Below, in pieces: positions 48,798 through 59,023 of a stretch of 64,000 nucleotides of DNA. Location: assembly GCA_051653625.1 (NCBI GenBank), contig JBOFWM010000063.1:9799-73798 (forward strand), in the 5' to 3' direction. The stretch is from Lachnospiraceae bacterium (GTDB lineage: Bacteria; Bacillota; Clostridia; Lachnospirales; Lachnospiraceae). Each line of letters starts with the position of its first letter. Within the stretch, counting starts at the first letter, position 1. The notes beneath the pieces were generated by a model, which was given only the letters and a program-made list of their open reading frames with translations, had not been told where the DNA came from and searched no databases. The translations under genes were made by a program, and so were the position numbers.

Positions 48798-48927
48798 GTT
48801 TTTGTGAAATCCCTTTTAAAATCAATTTGTTTCAGTTATAATGATTCAGTGTGTATAAATGAAAACATATGTCTATACTTTTATAAGTATTATTGAAATA
48901 TATTGAAACCGGGAAAGGGGCAAAAAA

Positions 48928-49920
48928 ATGCAATATACAGATATTGGAATTGATTTAGGAACCGCAAGTATATTAGTTTACATTAGAGGAAAAGGTGTTG
49001 TTCTAAAAGAACCTTCTGTTGTAGCTTTTGATAGAGATACAAATAAAATTAAAGCCATAGGAGAAGATGCAAGGCTTATGCTTGGTAGAACACCAGGAAA
49101 TATTGTGGCTGTTAGACCACTTCGTCAAGGGGTTATTTCTGACTATACAGTGACAGAAAAAATGATGAAATACTTTATTCAAAAGGCACTTGGGAAAAAA
49201 ATATTAAGAAAACCAAGAATTGCAGTTTGTGTTCCTAGTGGTGTAACAGAAGTTGAAAAAAAAGCAGTAGAAGATGCAACATTACAAGCAGGAGCAAGAG
49301 AAGTATCTATTATTGAAGAACCAATTGCAGCTGCAATTGGAGCAGGAATTGATATTTCTAAGCCATGTGGAAATATGATTGTAGATATTGGCGGCGGAAC
49401 ATCCGATGTTGCAGTTATTTCACTAGGAGGTACCGTTGTAAGTGCTTCTATTAAAGTTGCTGGAGATGATTTTGATGAAGCAATTGTGCGTTATATGAGA
49501 AAGAAACATAATCTTTTAATTGGAGAACGAACAGCAGAAGATATAAAAATAAAGATAGGTTCTGCATATAAAAGACCAGAACCAGATTTTATGGATGTTA
49601 GAGGTCGAAATTTAGTAACAGGATTGCCAAAGACGATAACTGTTTCTTCAGAAGAAACAGAAGATGCATTAAAAGAAATTACAGCTCAAATTGTAGAAGC
49701 AATTCATAGTGTACTTGAAAGAACACCACCAGAATTAGCGGCTGATATTGCAGATCGTGGTATTGTATTAACCGGTGGCGGTAGCTTATTGCGTGGATTA
49801 GAAGAGTTGATTTTTGAAAAAACAGGAATTAATACAATAACAGCAGAAGATCCAATGACTGCAGTGGCAATTGGAACAGGGAAATATGTAGAGTTTTTAG
49901 CAGGATATAGAGAAGACTAA
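48928..49920 (+). CDS. mreB: rod-shape-determining actin homolog (MreB/Mbl family)
   Basis: DIGIDLGTASILVY, DIGGGTSDVAV and TGGGSLLRGL. It sits upstream of two rod-protein genes, as B. subtilis mbl-flhO-flhP. Confidence 0.9.
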   Translation: MQYTDIGIDLGTASILVYIRGKGVVLKEPSVVAFDRDTNKIKAIGEDARLMLGRTPGNIVAVRPLRQGVISDYTVTEKMMKYFIQKALGKKILRKPRIAVCVPSGVTEVEKKAVEDATLQAGAREVSIIEEPIAAAIGAGIDISKPCGNMIVDIGGGTSDVAVISLGGTVVSASIKVAGDDFDEAIVRYMRKKHNLLIGERTAEDIKIKIGSAYKRPEPDFMDVRGRNLVTGLPKTITVSSEETEDALKEITAQIVEAIHSVLERTPPELAADIADRGIVLTGGGSLLRGLEELIFEKTGINTITAEDPMTAVAIGTGKYVEFLAGYRED

Positions 49921-49932
49921 AGAGGAGGGGCC

Positions 49933-50709
49933 ATGGTTAAAGGCTTATATACAGCATATACGGGACTTATTAATGAACAAAATAGAATGGATGTTGTGAG
50001 TAATAATTTAGCGAATGCTACCACAACTGGGTTTAAAAAAGAAGGAACTACAAGTCAAGCGTTTGATGAAGTGCTTGCTTATAAAATAAAAGACACATCA
50101 GAACTTGGAAATATGACAAAAAAGTTAGGTTCAGTATCGCTCGGTGTTAAAATTGGTGAAAATTATACAGATTTTAGCCAAGGTTCTTTAAAAACAACAA
50201 ACAACGCATTAGATTTATCTTTATCAAGCGATGGTTTTTTTGCTGTGGAAGTTACAAATAAAGCAGGTGATACATCTACTATGTATACGAGAGATGGTGC
50301 ATTTTTATTAAATAAAGATGGAAATCTTGTAACTAAAGATGGTGGATATGTATTAGATAAATCGGGAAATAGAATTCAACTTAATCCATTGAAAGAAGTA
50401 AGTATTACAGAAGAAGGTGGCATTTATCAGGAAGAAAAATTAGTGGCAACCATTCAAGTAGCAGCATTTGAAGATAATAATTATTTGGAAAAATATGGAG
50501 AAAATTATTATAAAACAGTAGATGGTGCTACATTAACAGAATCTAATGCACAAGTGTTATCTGGATATTTAGAGACTTCTAATGTACAGGTTGTAAATGA
50601 AATGGTGGATTTAATTGCCATATCTAGAGCGTATGAAACAAGTCAAAAGGTAGTACAAGCATATGATGACTCGTTAGATATTACAGTAAATCAATTAGGA
50701 CGAATATAA
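49933..50709 (+). CDS. flagellar basal-body rod protein (FlhO/FlgF-like)
   Basis: The N-terminus GLYTAYTGL...VVSNNLANATTTGFKK and the C-terminus GYLETSNVQVVNEMVDLIAISRAYE are the flagellar rod-family signatures. Confidence 0.85.
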   Translation: MVKGLYTAYTGLINEQNRMDVVSNNLANATTTGFKKEGTTSQAFDEVLAYKIKDTSELGNMTKKLGSVSLGVKIGENYTDFSQGSLKTTNNALDLSLSSDGFFAVEVTNKAGDTSTMYTRDGAFLLNKDGNLVTKDGGYVLDKSGNRIQLNPLKEVSITEEGGIYQEEKLVATIQVAAFEDNNYLEKYGENYYKTVDGATLTESNAQVLSGYLETSNVQVVNEMVDLIAISRAYETSQKVVQAYDDSLDITVNQLGRI

Positions 50710-50742
50710 GCAGACATAATATAAGTTAGAGAGGGGAATTTT

Positions 50743-51561
50743 ATGGTACGTTCACTTTGGACTGGTGCGACAGGAATGAATGCACAACAAACAAATTTAG
50801 ATACAATTGCTAATAATCTTGCAAATGTAAATACCGTTGGATATAAATCGGAGACTGCAGAATTTAAGACATTGTTGTATCAAAATCTGCAAGCAAAAAC
50901 CACACTAGCTAATGGAGAAGAAAAACCAACAAGTGCACAAGTAGGACTTGGAACACGACTATCTTCTATTACTTCCGTTTTTTCACAAGGAAGTTTAACA
51001 GCATCGGATAGTGATACTGCTTTTGCGATTTCAGGAGATGGATTTTTTGGAGTACGTAATACAGATGGCACTATTAATTATACACGTAATGGAAATTTTC
51101 TTTTTACAACAGCTTCAAATGGTGGAATGATGCTTTCAACAACAGATGGATTACCAGTTGTTAATTCAACGGGACAGCCAATTATTCTTACAGGGACTTA
51201 TAACGCAAGTAAAATTACAGTTTCAACAGATGGAAAGTTATATTATCCAGATGCGAATAATAATCCACAAGAAATAGGAATGCAAATAGGAATATATCAG
51301 TTTACCAATCCATCTGGATTAGAAAAATTAGGAAGTACGCTGTATGCTGCTACAGATGCAAGTGGTGCAGCAATTAATGAAGCAACAAATGCAAATGTGA
51401 ATAAAAGTAGTCTTGTACAAGGGTATTTAGAAGCTTCGAACGTACAGGTAGCGGATGAAATGGTAAATTTAATTGTTGCGCAAAGAGCATATGAAATGAA
51501 TTCAAAAATAATTACAACAACTGATGAAATGATGCAACAAGCAAATCAATTAAAACGATAG
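50743..51561 (+). CDS. flgG: flagellar basal-body rod protein (FlgG/FlhP-like)
   Basis: MVRSLWTGATGMNAQQTNLDTIANNLANVNTVGYK and GYLEASNVQVADEMVNLIVAQRAYEMNSK. Confidence 0.88.
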   Translation: MVRSLWTGATGMNAQQTNLDTIANNLANVNTVGYKSETAEFKTLLYQNLQAKTTLANGEEKPTSAQVGLGTRLSSITSVFSQGSLTASDSDTAFAISGDGFFGVRNTDGTINYTRNGNFLFTTASNGGMMLSTTDGLPVVNSTGQPIILTGTYNASKITVSTDGKLYYPDANNNPQEIGMQIGIYQFTNPSGLEKLGSTLYAATDASGAAINEATNANVNKSSLVQGYLEASNVQVADEMVNLIVAQRAYEMNSKIITTTDEMMQQANQLKR

Positions 51562-51582
51562 TACATAATGGAGGAAAAAATA

Positions 51583-51924
51583 ATGGATATTAGTTCATTA
51601 TATACAGATTATATTTCTCAAACAGCAAATAATACAACTGCAAATCAACTATCAAGTACAGAAAATAAAGACTATTCTGAAGCAACAGATGATGAGTTAT
51701 TAGATGTCTGTAAACAGTTTGAATCTTATTTTTTAGAGCAAATGTTTAAGCAAATGGAAAAAACGATTATTCGTGATGAAGAATCTAGTGATTCTAACTC
51801 TACCTTAGTTGACTATTTTAAAAGTAATGCACTTGTAGAATTATCGGAGCAGTCAACGGAAACAAATGGATTAGGGATTGCGCAAATGCTTTATGAGCAG
51901 ATGAAACGTAATTATAATTTGTAA
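51583..51924 (+). CDS. rod-binding protein (FlgJ N-terminal-domain-like)
   Basis: The CKQFESYFLEQMFKQMEKT motif is typical of the Rod_binding domain. ATG 51583 is preceded by GGAGG at 8 nt. Confidence 0.65.
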   Translation: MDISSLYTDYISQTANNTTANQLSSTENKDYSEATDDELLDVCKQFESYFLEQMFKQMEKTIIRDEESSDSNSTLVDYFKSNALVELSEQSTETNGLGIAQMLYEQMKRNYNL

Positions 51925-51928
51925 AAAT

Positions 51929-51956
51929 GGGCTGTCTATGACAGCTCTTTTCTTTT
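51929..51956 (+). terminator. rho-independent terminator
   Basis: gggctgtc-tat-gacagctc followed by ttttctttt. Confidence 0.65.
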
Positions 51957-51979
51957 GTAAGAAGTAAAGAGGGTTTTAA

Positions 51980-54193
51980 GTGGAAGAAATAAAAGGATAC
52001 GTAGATCATATTGTGTTTCGCAATAGTGAAAATGGATACACAGTATTTGTATTAAATGATGGAAAATATGAAATGACATGTGTAGGAACGCTTCGTACGA
52101 TCGAAGAGGGAGAAACCATGTCTCTTCGTGGTACAATCATTGAACACCCTGTCTATGGAGAACAATTAAAAGTAGAGGAATATAATATTATTCCACCGAG
52201 TGATGCAATTAGCATGGAACGTTATTTGGGTAGTGGAGCAATAAAAGGGATAGGGCCAGCATTAGCGAAACGAATTGTTGGAAAATTTAAAGAGGATACG
52301 TTTCGTATTATTGAACAAGAGCCAGAACGCCTTGTGGAAATCAAAGGTATTAGCGAAAAAAAAGCAATTGAAATCAGTAGTCAAATGGAAGAAAAAAAAG
52401 AAATAAGGGAAGCTATGATTTTTTTGCAACAATATGGAATATCAAATACACTTGCTATTAAAATATATGAAAAATATGGAATTAGAATGTATCAGATTAT
52501 GAAAGAAAATCCATATTTACTTGCAGACGATATTGTTGGAGTTGGATTTAAAATAGCGGATGAGATTGCAAGTAAAATTGGGATTAAGACAGATTCGGAT
52601 TATAGAATTCGAAGTGGAATATTTCATACAATATTGCTTGCAACAACACAAGGACATGTCTATTTACCGAAAGAAATTCTGTTAAAAAAATCTTCAGAAT
52701 TATTAGAAATTGAAGAAAAAGTTCTTGAAATTCAGCTAAATAATTTGGTTATGGAAAAAAAGTTGGTTATAAAAAATGAAGAAACAGCAACCATATGTTA
52801 TGCAGCCTCTTTATACTATTGTGAATTAAATTGTGCAAAAATGTTACATGATTTAAATGTTACAATGGAGTTTTTTCAAACAGATTTAAAAAAAATAAAA
52901 GACCTGACAATTGATAATGAATATGTTTTAGATGAACTTCAAATAAAAGCAGTTCAAGAAGCAATTACTAATGGAGTGTTTATTTTGTCGGGAGGTCCAG
53001 GAACTGGAAAAACAACAACAATAAATACGATGATACGTTTCTTTGAAAAAGAAGGTTTGGATATTCTTTTAGCAGCGCCTACAGGTAGGGCAGCAAAAAG
53101 AATGACAGAAACTACAGGTTTTGAGGCGAAAACAATTCATAGATTATTAGAACTGAATGGGAATGTTTCAGAAGATGGAAGAAAAGCAGTATTTGAAAAA
53201 AATGAAGAATCACCATTAGAGGCGGATGTAATTATTATAGATGAAATGTCTATGGTAGATATTCATCTATTTCAAGCACTATTAAAAGCAGTTCAAATTG
53301 GGACTAGATTAATTTTAGTTGGTGATATGAATCAATTGCCTTCAGTAGGTCCAGGTCAAGTTTTAGCAGATATTATTAAAAGTGAATCATTCAATGTGGT
53401 ACAGCTGAAAAAAATATATAGACAGGAAGAGAAAAGTCATATTATTATCAACGCTCATAAGATTAACGAGGGAAAAGAAATTCTATTAGATAATAATAGT
53501 CTGGATTTTTTCTTTTTAGAAAGAAATGATCCAAACGTTATTTATAAGCATATGATACAGTTGATTAAAGAAAAGCTTCCAAGTTATGTAAATGCGGATA
53601 TGTTAGATATACAAGTTCTTACCCCAATGAGAAAGGGGAGTCTTGGAGTAGAATGTTTAAATAAAATTCTGCAAAAATATTTAAATCCTGCTGAAAAATC
53701 AAAAGCAGAATATGAGTATGGAGATAAATTATTTCGAGTTGGTGATAAAGTAATGCAAACAAAAAACAATTATCAGATAGAGTGGGAAATATTAAGTAAA
53801 TATAATATTCCAATTGATAAAGGTATGGGAGTTTTCAATGGAGACGTTGGTAAAATCATAGAAATTAATGAAAAACAACAAATTGTGGTTATTTTATTTG
53901 ATGATCAAAGGCAAGTAAATTATTCTTTTTCAAATTTAGAGGAAATAGAGCTTGCATATGCGATAACGATTCATAAATCACAAGGAAGTGAATATCCAGC
54001 GATCATTTTACCTATATTATCGGGGCCTAGACAATTGTTAAGTCGTAATCTTTTATATACAGGTATTACAAGAGCTAAAAATTGTGTAACACTTATGGGT
54101 TCAAAAGAAACTATTTATGGAATGATTTCTAATGTGAATGAGAAATCTCGTTATACAGGATTAAGTGCTCGAATACGTGAAATGGAAAAATAG
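51980..54193 (+). CDS. recD2: ATP-dependent RecD-like DNA helicase
   Basis: N-terminal OB/HhH region, Walker A SGGPGTGKTT, IIIDEMSMVD, and a C-terminal SH3-like/2B region with AITIHKSQGSEYP. GTG start. Confidence 0.9.
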   Translation: MEEIKGYVDHIVFRNSENGYTVFVLNDGKYEMTCVGTLRTIEEGETMSLRGTIIEHPVYGEQLKVEEYNIIPPSDAISMERYLGSGAIKGIGPALAKRIVGKFKEDTFRIIEQEPERLVEIKGISEKKAIEISSQMEEKKEIREAMIFLQQYGISNTLAIKIYEKYGIRMYQIMKENPYLLADDIVGVGFKIADEIASKIGIKTDSDYRIRSGIFHTILLATTQGHVYLPKEILLKKSSELLEIEEKVLEIQLNNLVMEKKLVIKNEETATICYAASLYYCELNCAKMLHDLNVTMEFFQTDLKKIKDLTIDNEYVLDELQIKAVQEAITNGVFILSGGPGTGKTTTINTMIRFFEKEGLDILLAAPTGRAAKRMTETTGFEAKTIHRLLELNGNVSEDGRKAVFEKNEESPLEADVIIIDEMSMVDIHLFQALLKAVQIGTRLILVGDMNQLPSVGPGQVLADIIKSESFNVVQLKKIYRQEEKSHIIINAHKINEGKEILLDNNSLDFFFLERNDPNVIYKHMIQLIKEKLPSYVNADMLDIQVLTPMRKGSLGVECLNKILQKYLNPAEKSKAEYEYGDKLFRVGDKVMQTKNNYQIEWEILSKYNIPIDKGMGVFNGDVGKIIEINEKQQIVVILFDDQRQVNYSFSNLEEIELAYAITIHKSQGSEYPAIILPILSGPRQLLSRNLLYTGITRAKNCVTLMGSKETIYGMISNVNEKSRYTGLSARIREMEK

Positions 54194-54241
54194 AGAAAAG
54201 GAGATTTACATATTAAGAAAATTATTAAAAATATATTAGAT

Positions 54242-54922
54242 ATGATATATCCAAGAAGATGTAGTATATGTGATGATATTTTAGAATATGGAAAAAAGGA
54301 CATATGTAATGATTGTAAGAAAAAAATAAAATATATTAAAGAACCATATTGTATAAAGTGTGGGAAATCATTAAAAAGTGAAACGGAATACTGTTATGAT
54401 TGTATGAGAAAATTTCATTACTTTAATGCAGGAAGAGCAATATTTGAGTGGAGTAGTATAAAAAACTCTATTTATAAATTTAAATATCATAACAGACAAG
54501 AATATGTTCATTTTTATGGAAAATCAGTTGTTAAAGTTTGCGGGAAACATATTAAACAGTGGAATCCAGATGCAATAATAGCAGTTCCTATACATAAAAA
54601 AAGGCATAAAAAAAGAGGATTTAATCAAGCGCAACTTTTAGCGAACGAAATAGGGAAATATACCAATATTCCTGTTTATAAAAATTTTGTTATACGACAA
54701 AGAAATACGAAGCCGTTAAAAAACATGGACCCAGTAAAAAGGCAAAATAATTTGAAAAAAGCTTTTAAAATAGTGCCAAATGATGTAAAATTAAATACGA
54801 TTCTAGTAATAGATGATATTTATACAACAGGATCTACTATTGATGCAATTGCTAAAGAATGTAAATTATATGGGATAAAAGAAGTTTATTTTATCACATT
54901 AGCAATTGGAGAAGGATTATAA
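54242..54922 (+). CDS. comFC: ComF-family phosphoribosyltransferase-like protein
   Basis: N-terminal double CxxC Zn-finger-like motifs, RGFNQA, and the PRTase motif VIDDIYTTGST. The reading frame is open a further 16 codons upstream (IKKIIKNILD) without a canonical start codon. Confidence 0.85.
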   Translation: MIYPRRCSICDDILEYGKKDICNDCKKKIKYIKEPYCIKCGKSLKSETEYCYDCMRKFHYFNAGRAIFEWSSIKNSIYKFKYHNRQEYVHFYGKSVVKVCGKHIKQWNPDAIIAVPIHKKRHKKRGFNQAQLLANEIGKYTNIPVYKNFVIRQRNTKPLKNMDPVKRQNNLKKAFKIVPNDVKLNTILVIDDIYTTGSTIDAIAKECKLYGIKEVYFITLAIGEGL

Positions 54923-54951
54923 AATTTTAAAGAGAGAAAGGTGTGAAAATT

Positions 54952-55356
54952 ATGAATATAAAAACATGTAAAGGTTGTAGAAAATTATTTAATTATGTTG
55001 TTGGACCTTATTATTGCCCAGCATGTAAAGATGCGTTAGAAAAAAAATATAATGAAGTGAAAACATATATTCGTGAAAACGCAAATGCGGATATAAATCG
55101 TATTGCTGAGGAATGTGAGGTAGATAAAGCACAAATACATCAATGGATACGTGAAGAGAGATTAATGCTTTCTGACAATTCGTCAATTACTTTAGAATGT
55201 GAACTTTGTGGTGGAGAAATACGTACAGGGCGTTTTTGTAATAGTTGTAAAGAAAAACTAGCTGGTGGATTAAGTAACGCAATTGAAAAACCAAAGCAAA
55301 TTAAGCCAGATGAAAAAAGAAATCAATCAAGAATGAGATTTTTAGAGCGCAAATAA
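54952..55356 (+). CDS. flagellar-operon small zinc-ribbon protein (YvyF/TIGR03826-like)
   Basis: CKGCRKLF...YCPAC N-terminal zinc ribbon, an HTH-like middle region and a second CxxC..CxxC. It is located after comFC, as B. subtilis yvyF is. Confidence 0.6.
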   Translation: MNIKTCKGCRKLFNYVVGPYYCPACKDALEKKYNEVKTYIRENANADINRIAEECEVDKAQIHQWIREERLMLSDNSSITLECELCGGEIRTGRFCNSCKEKLAGGLSNAIEKPKQIKPDEKRNQSRMRFLERK

Positions 55357-55380
55357 AAAGGAAAGGGATATCACTATATT

Positions 55381-55770
55381 ATGATTGATATAGATAAGAT
55401 CCGTTTGATGACAAAAATGGCAGTTTATGAATCAAATGAGGGAAAGAAAAATAAACATATAAATAGCTACTTTCGAAGTGATTACATAGGACTTGAACTT
55501 CTAAAAAGCTTTATGTTTATTACCATTGGATTTGGGATATTTTTATTTTTATATGTGATTTATGATGTGGAATTTTTTATGAATGAAATATATAAAATGA
55601 GTATTATGGAATTCATGAAATCTATTCTTGCGATTTATTTGATTGTAATTGTATTTTTTTCTATAATTACATATTTTATTTCTTTATATAATTACAGAAA
55701 ATCTAGGCAAGAAATAAAAAACTTTTATTCACATTTGAATAAAATTTCAACATTCTACGAAGATAGATAA
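55381..55770 (+). CDS. hypothetical membrane protein (129 aa, about 2 TM)
   Basis: ORF with two hydrophobic helices. I recognise no motif. Confidence 0.5.
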   Translation: MIDIDKIRLMTKMAVYESNEGKKNKHINSYFRSDYIGLELLKSFMFITIGFGIFLFLYVIYDVEFFMNEIYKMSIMEFMKSILAIYLIVIVFFSIITYFISLYNYRKSRQEIKNFYSHLNKISTFYEDR

Positions 55771-55788
55771 AATTGAAGGGAAAGATAA

Positions 55789-56820
55789 ATGAGTAGTTTA
55801 TTAGAATTAAAAGAATATATCAAAAATTTTTGTGGAAAGTATGAAATATATTTAATATCTATTTTGAAATTTATAATAGCAATTATCGTTTTAACAACAA
55901 TTAATAGTAATTTAGGATATATGACAAGAATTGATAAAATTACAATTGTACTCATAATTTCTTTGATTTGTGCATTTATGCCATTTAATTTTATGGGTGT
56001 GATATCTGCAGTAGTTGTATTATTACATTTATATGAGTTATCGTTGGAAATTGCGGTGATAGGTGTGGCAGTATTTTTTCTGGTTTTTATTTTTTGTTGC
56101 CGTACTGTTCCTAAAGATATCTTAGTTGTTTTATTAATGCCAATATTATTTTTAATAGGGATACCGTATCTCATGCCACTTGTACTTGGCTTAATGTTGA
56201 GTCCGCTTTCTATCGTATCTATGATTGCAGGAGTTATGATTTACTTTTTTCTTAATACTGTAATTAGTAGTACAACAATATTGACTTCGGTTGAGTCATT
56301 AGAAGCTACGGAAAAAATAAAATTAGTTTTAGATGGAATCATAAATAATAATACATTATATATCATTGTAGTTGCATTTTCGATTACACTTCTTCTTGTT
56401 TATTTTATAAGGAGATCTTCTATCATGTATTCATGGCCAATAGCAATAGCAATAGGAACAACGATAGATGTTGTGATTTTATTAATAGGAGAATTTGTTT
56501 TTGATATTAATATCTCTATGATGTCCCTTGTTTTAGGTGGGGCAATATCAGGAGCTATAGGAATTATTATTTCTTTTGCTATGCAAAACTTAGATTATAA
56601 AAGAACAGAAAATGTACAGTTTGAAGATGATGAATATTATTATTATGTTAAGGCAATACCAAAAATAACAGTTTCCACAAAAAAGAACAGTGTAAAAAGA
56701 ATTCAACCACAGAAAAAAGTAGTTAGAAATAATAGTTCAAATCAAAACATTTCGAATAGAACGATTAAAACATCAAATGGAATTAAGAAAGAGTTTGTAG
56801 CCACTAAAAATAAAGAATAG
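55789..56820 (+). CDS. hypothetical polytopic membrane protein (343 aa) with a basic Lys/Asn-rich C-terminal tail
   Basis: At least 7 hydrophobic segments. RBS gaagggaaag upstream. I recognise no motif. It lies 15 nt upstream of cdaA. Confidence 0.55.
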   Translation: MSSLLELKEYIKNFCGKYEIYLISILKFIIAIIVLTTINSNLGYMTRIDKITIVLIISLICAFMPFNFMGVISAVVVLLHLYELSLEIAVIGVAVFFLVFIFCCRTVPKDILVVLLMPILFLIGIPYLMPLVLGLMLSPLSIVSMIAGVMIYFFLNTVISSTTILTSVESLEATEKIKLVLDGIINNNTLYIIVVAFSITLLLVYFIRRSSIMYSWPIAIAIGTTIDVVILLIGEFVFDINISMMSLVLGGAISGAIGIIISFAMQNLDYKRTENVQFEDDEYYYYVKAIPKITVSTKKNSVKRIQPQKKVVRNNSSNQNISNRTIKTSNGIKKEFVATKNKE

Positions 56821-56835
56821 TAAAGACAGGACATT

Positions 56836-57705
56836 TTGAGAATGGAACAGATTAGAAATTTCGCAGAAAATAATTTAGCAAATCTTCATATACCTACTAT
56901 TCAATTGACTGACATTTTAGAAATTATTATTATTTCTTTTATGGTCTATTCAATTATGGTCTTTATAAAAAATACACGTGCATGGTCTTTGCTAAAAGGA
57001 ATAATCTTTATTATGGTTTTTCTTTTGGTTGCAGCTTTATTTGAAATGAATACAATTATTTGGATAGCTACTAACGCATTTAGCTTAGCTATCACAGCAC
57101 TTATTGTTGTATTGCAACCAGAACTAAGAAAAGCACTTGAGACATTAGGAACAAAAAATATTATTTCAACATTTTTTAGTTTTGATGGTAATAGAAGCAT
57201 GGAAGGATTATTTTCAGATCATACTATTCAAGAGATCACAAAGGCATGTGTAGAAATGAGCAAAGTAAAAACTGGTGCTTTAATTGTTGTAAAGCAAAAT
57301 GATACAATGTCAGAGTTTGAGCAAACAGGAATAAAAGTAGATGCTATTGTATCGAGTCAATTATTAATTAATATTTTTGAACATAATACACCGTTACATG
57401 ATGGAGCAATTATTATTGAAGGAAATAGAATAAAGGCAGCAACTTGTTATTTGCCGTTATCAGATAATATGCATCTTAGCAAAGAACTTGGGACAAGACA
57501 TAGAGCAGGAATAGGAATTACAGAGATTGCAGATTCACTAGTTATTATTGTTTCGGAAGAAAATGGAACGATAAGTGTTGCATATTCGGGTCAATTATTT
57601 AGAGGTTTAGGTCCAGAAGACATTGATCGATACTTGAAGAAAATACAAAATAAACCATCCCCTGATAATAAGAGAAAAAATATATTGCATAAGTTTAGAA
57701 AGTAG
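56836..57705 (+). CDS. cdaA: diadenylate cyclase CdaA (DisA_N domain)
   Basis: 3 N-terminal TM helices, then the DAC motifs HDGAIII, CYLPLS and LGTRHRAGIGITE. The start is TTG 56836 or ATG 56842. Confidence 0.92.
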   Translation: MRMEQIRNFAENNLANLHIPTIQLTDILEIIIISFMVYSIMVFIKNTRAWSLLKGIIFIMVFLLVAALFEMNTIIWIATNAFSLAITALIVVLQPELRKALETLGTKNIISTFFSFDGNRSMEGLFSDHTIQEITKACVEMSKVKTGALIVVKQNDTMSEFEQTGIKVDAIVSSQLLINIFEHNTPLHDGAIIIEGNRIKAATCYLPLSDNMHLSKELGTRHRAGIGITEIADSLVIIVSEENGTISVAYSGQLFRGLGPEDIDRYLKKIQNKPSPDNKRKNILHKFRK

Positions 57706-57717
57706 GAGAAAATTTGT

Positions 57718-58989
57718 ATGAAAGAGCGCATAACCCATAATCTTGGGCTTAAAATAATGGCGATTCTATTTGCTGCTTGTCTATGGTTAATTTCCATTAA
57801 CATTACTGATCCATACCAAAGTAAACAATTTAATGTTACTGTGCAATTGCAAAACGCAAATACAATGACTGCTGCTGGAAAATTTGTTGAAGTAATTAAT
57901 GAAACAGATGCTATTACAGTAACAGTGCGTGCAAGTAGATCTTTATTAGATTCTTTTACAGTAAATAATATTATAGCAGTAGCAGATATTAATGAGCTCA
58001 CAGATGAAAATACAATACCAATTACTTTGACTACAAATAGAGCAAATGAAAATAAAATTGAAAGTATTCGCAGTGATCAATCTTTTGTCAGTGTACGAGT
58101 AGAAAATATAATGTCATTGCAAAAAAATATTAATATTAATGTGAATAATGAACCAAAGAGTGGATATATTGTTGGGAAAGTTGCAATTGATCAGAATGCA
58201 CTTAGTATTTCTGGACCAGAATCAGTTGTTAAATTAATAAAAAAGGCAAGTGTTGAATTTAATGTGGATGGATTGACAGAAGATGTTGCCATAACACTAC
58301 CGATTGTATTATATGATGAAAATGACAATGTGATTAGTGATTCGAGAATAACTACAAGTATAGAAGAAGTTCGCGGAACAGCAACTATTCTTGAAACAAA
58401 AACTGTACCTATTAAAATTTCTACTGCAGGCTCTTTAAAAGAAGGATATCTTTTGACAGGAGAGATTGAGCTCTCACCAAGTAGGGTGTTAATAGCAGGG
58501 AAGGCAAATACAATAAAAAATATCAATCAATTAGAAATTAGCGAAGCAATCAATTTAAATGATGTAAGTGAAACATTTTCTTTAGATATAGATATTAAAA
58601 ATTATTTGCCAGAAGGTATTTCATTAGGAAATTCTAGTTTTACTGGAAATATTAATGTTACGGTAAATGTTGAGCAAGAAAAAATAAAAGATGTTGAAAT
58701 AAATCGTAACAAAATTTCGGTGATTAATTTACCAGAAGGTTTTAATGCAACAATTGAAGATATAGAGTCAGTAACACCTATAAAAATTGTAGGAATTGCT
58801 TCAAAATTAGATTCTGTAGTTGCAGAAGAAATTAATGGATATTTAGATATTAATACATTAATTGAACAAGAAAATTTAGAAACATTAATACCAGGTGAAT
58901 ATCAATTAAAAATCAAATTTGAATTACCGGAATATGTTAATGTAGTTGAAGAATATACTGCAAAAGTTGTAATTGAGAGTGTATCATAA
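57718..58989 (+). CDS. cdaR: CdaA regulatory protein CdaR (YbbR-repeat protein)
   Basis: N-terminal TM followed by repeated YbbR-like beta-rich modules. It is in the conserved position after cdaA. Confidence 0.85.
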   Translation: MKERITHNLGLKIMAILFAACLWLISINITDPYQSKQFNVTVQLQNANTMTAAGKFVEVINETDAITVTVRASRSLLDSFTVNNIIAVADINELTDENTIPITLTTNRANENKIESIRSDQSFVSVRVENIMSLQKNININVNNEPKSGYIVGKVAIDQNALSISGPESVVKLIKKASVEFNVDGLTEDVAITLPIVLYDENDNVISDSRITTSIEEVRGTATILETKTVPIKISTAGSLKEGYLLTGEIELSPSRVLIAGKANTIKNINQLEISEAINLNDVSETFSLDIDIKNYLPEGISLGNSSFTGNINVTVNVEQEKIKDVEINRNKISVINLPEGFNATIEDIESVTPIKIVGIASKLDSVVAEEINGYLDINTLIEQENLETLIPGEYQLKIKFELPEYVNVVEEYTAKVVIESVS

Positions 58990-59023
58990 TAATAAGCAAT
59001 AAAATGTAAGGAGACAATTTAGA

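Noticed and set aside
55755-56174. 139-aa minus-strand ORF overlapping the 343-aa membrane protein gene
   Set aside because: It is Ile/Asn/Lys-rich and low in complexity, and it has no RBS. The plus-strand ORF has an RBS and a coherent TM pattern, and it fits the co-directional operon.
57591-58001. 136-aa minus-strand ORF spanning the cdaA/cdaR junction
   Set aside because: It is antisense to two conserved genes, has no RBS and carries no motif.
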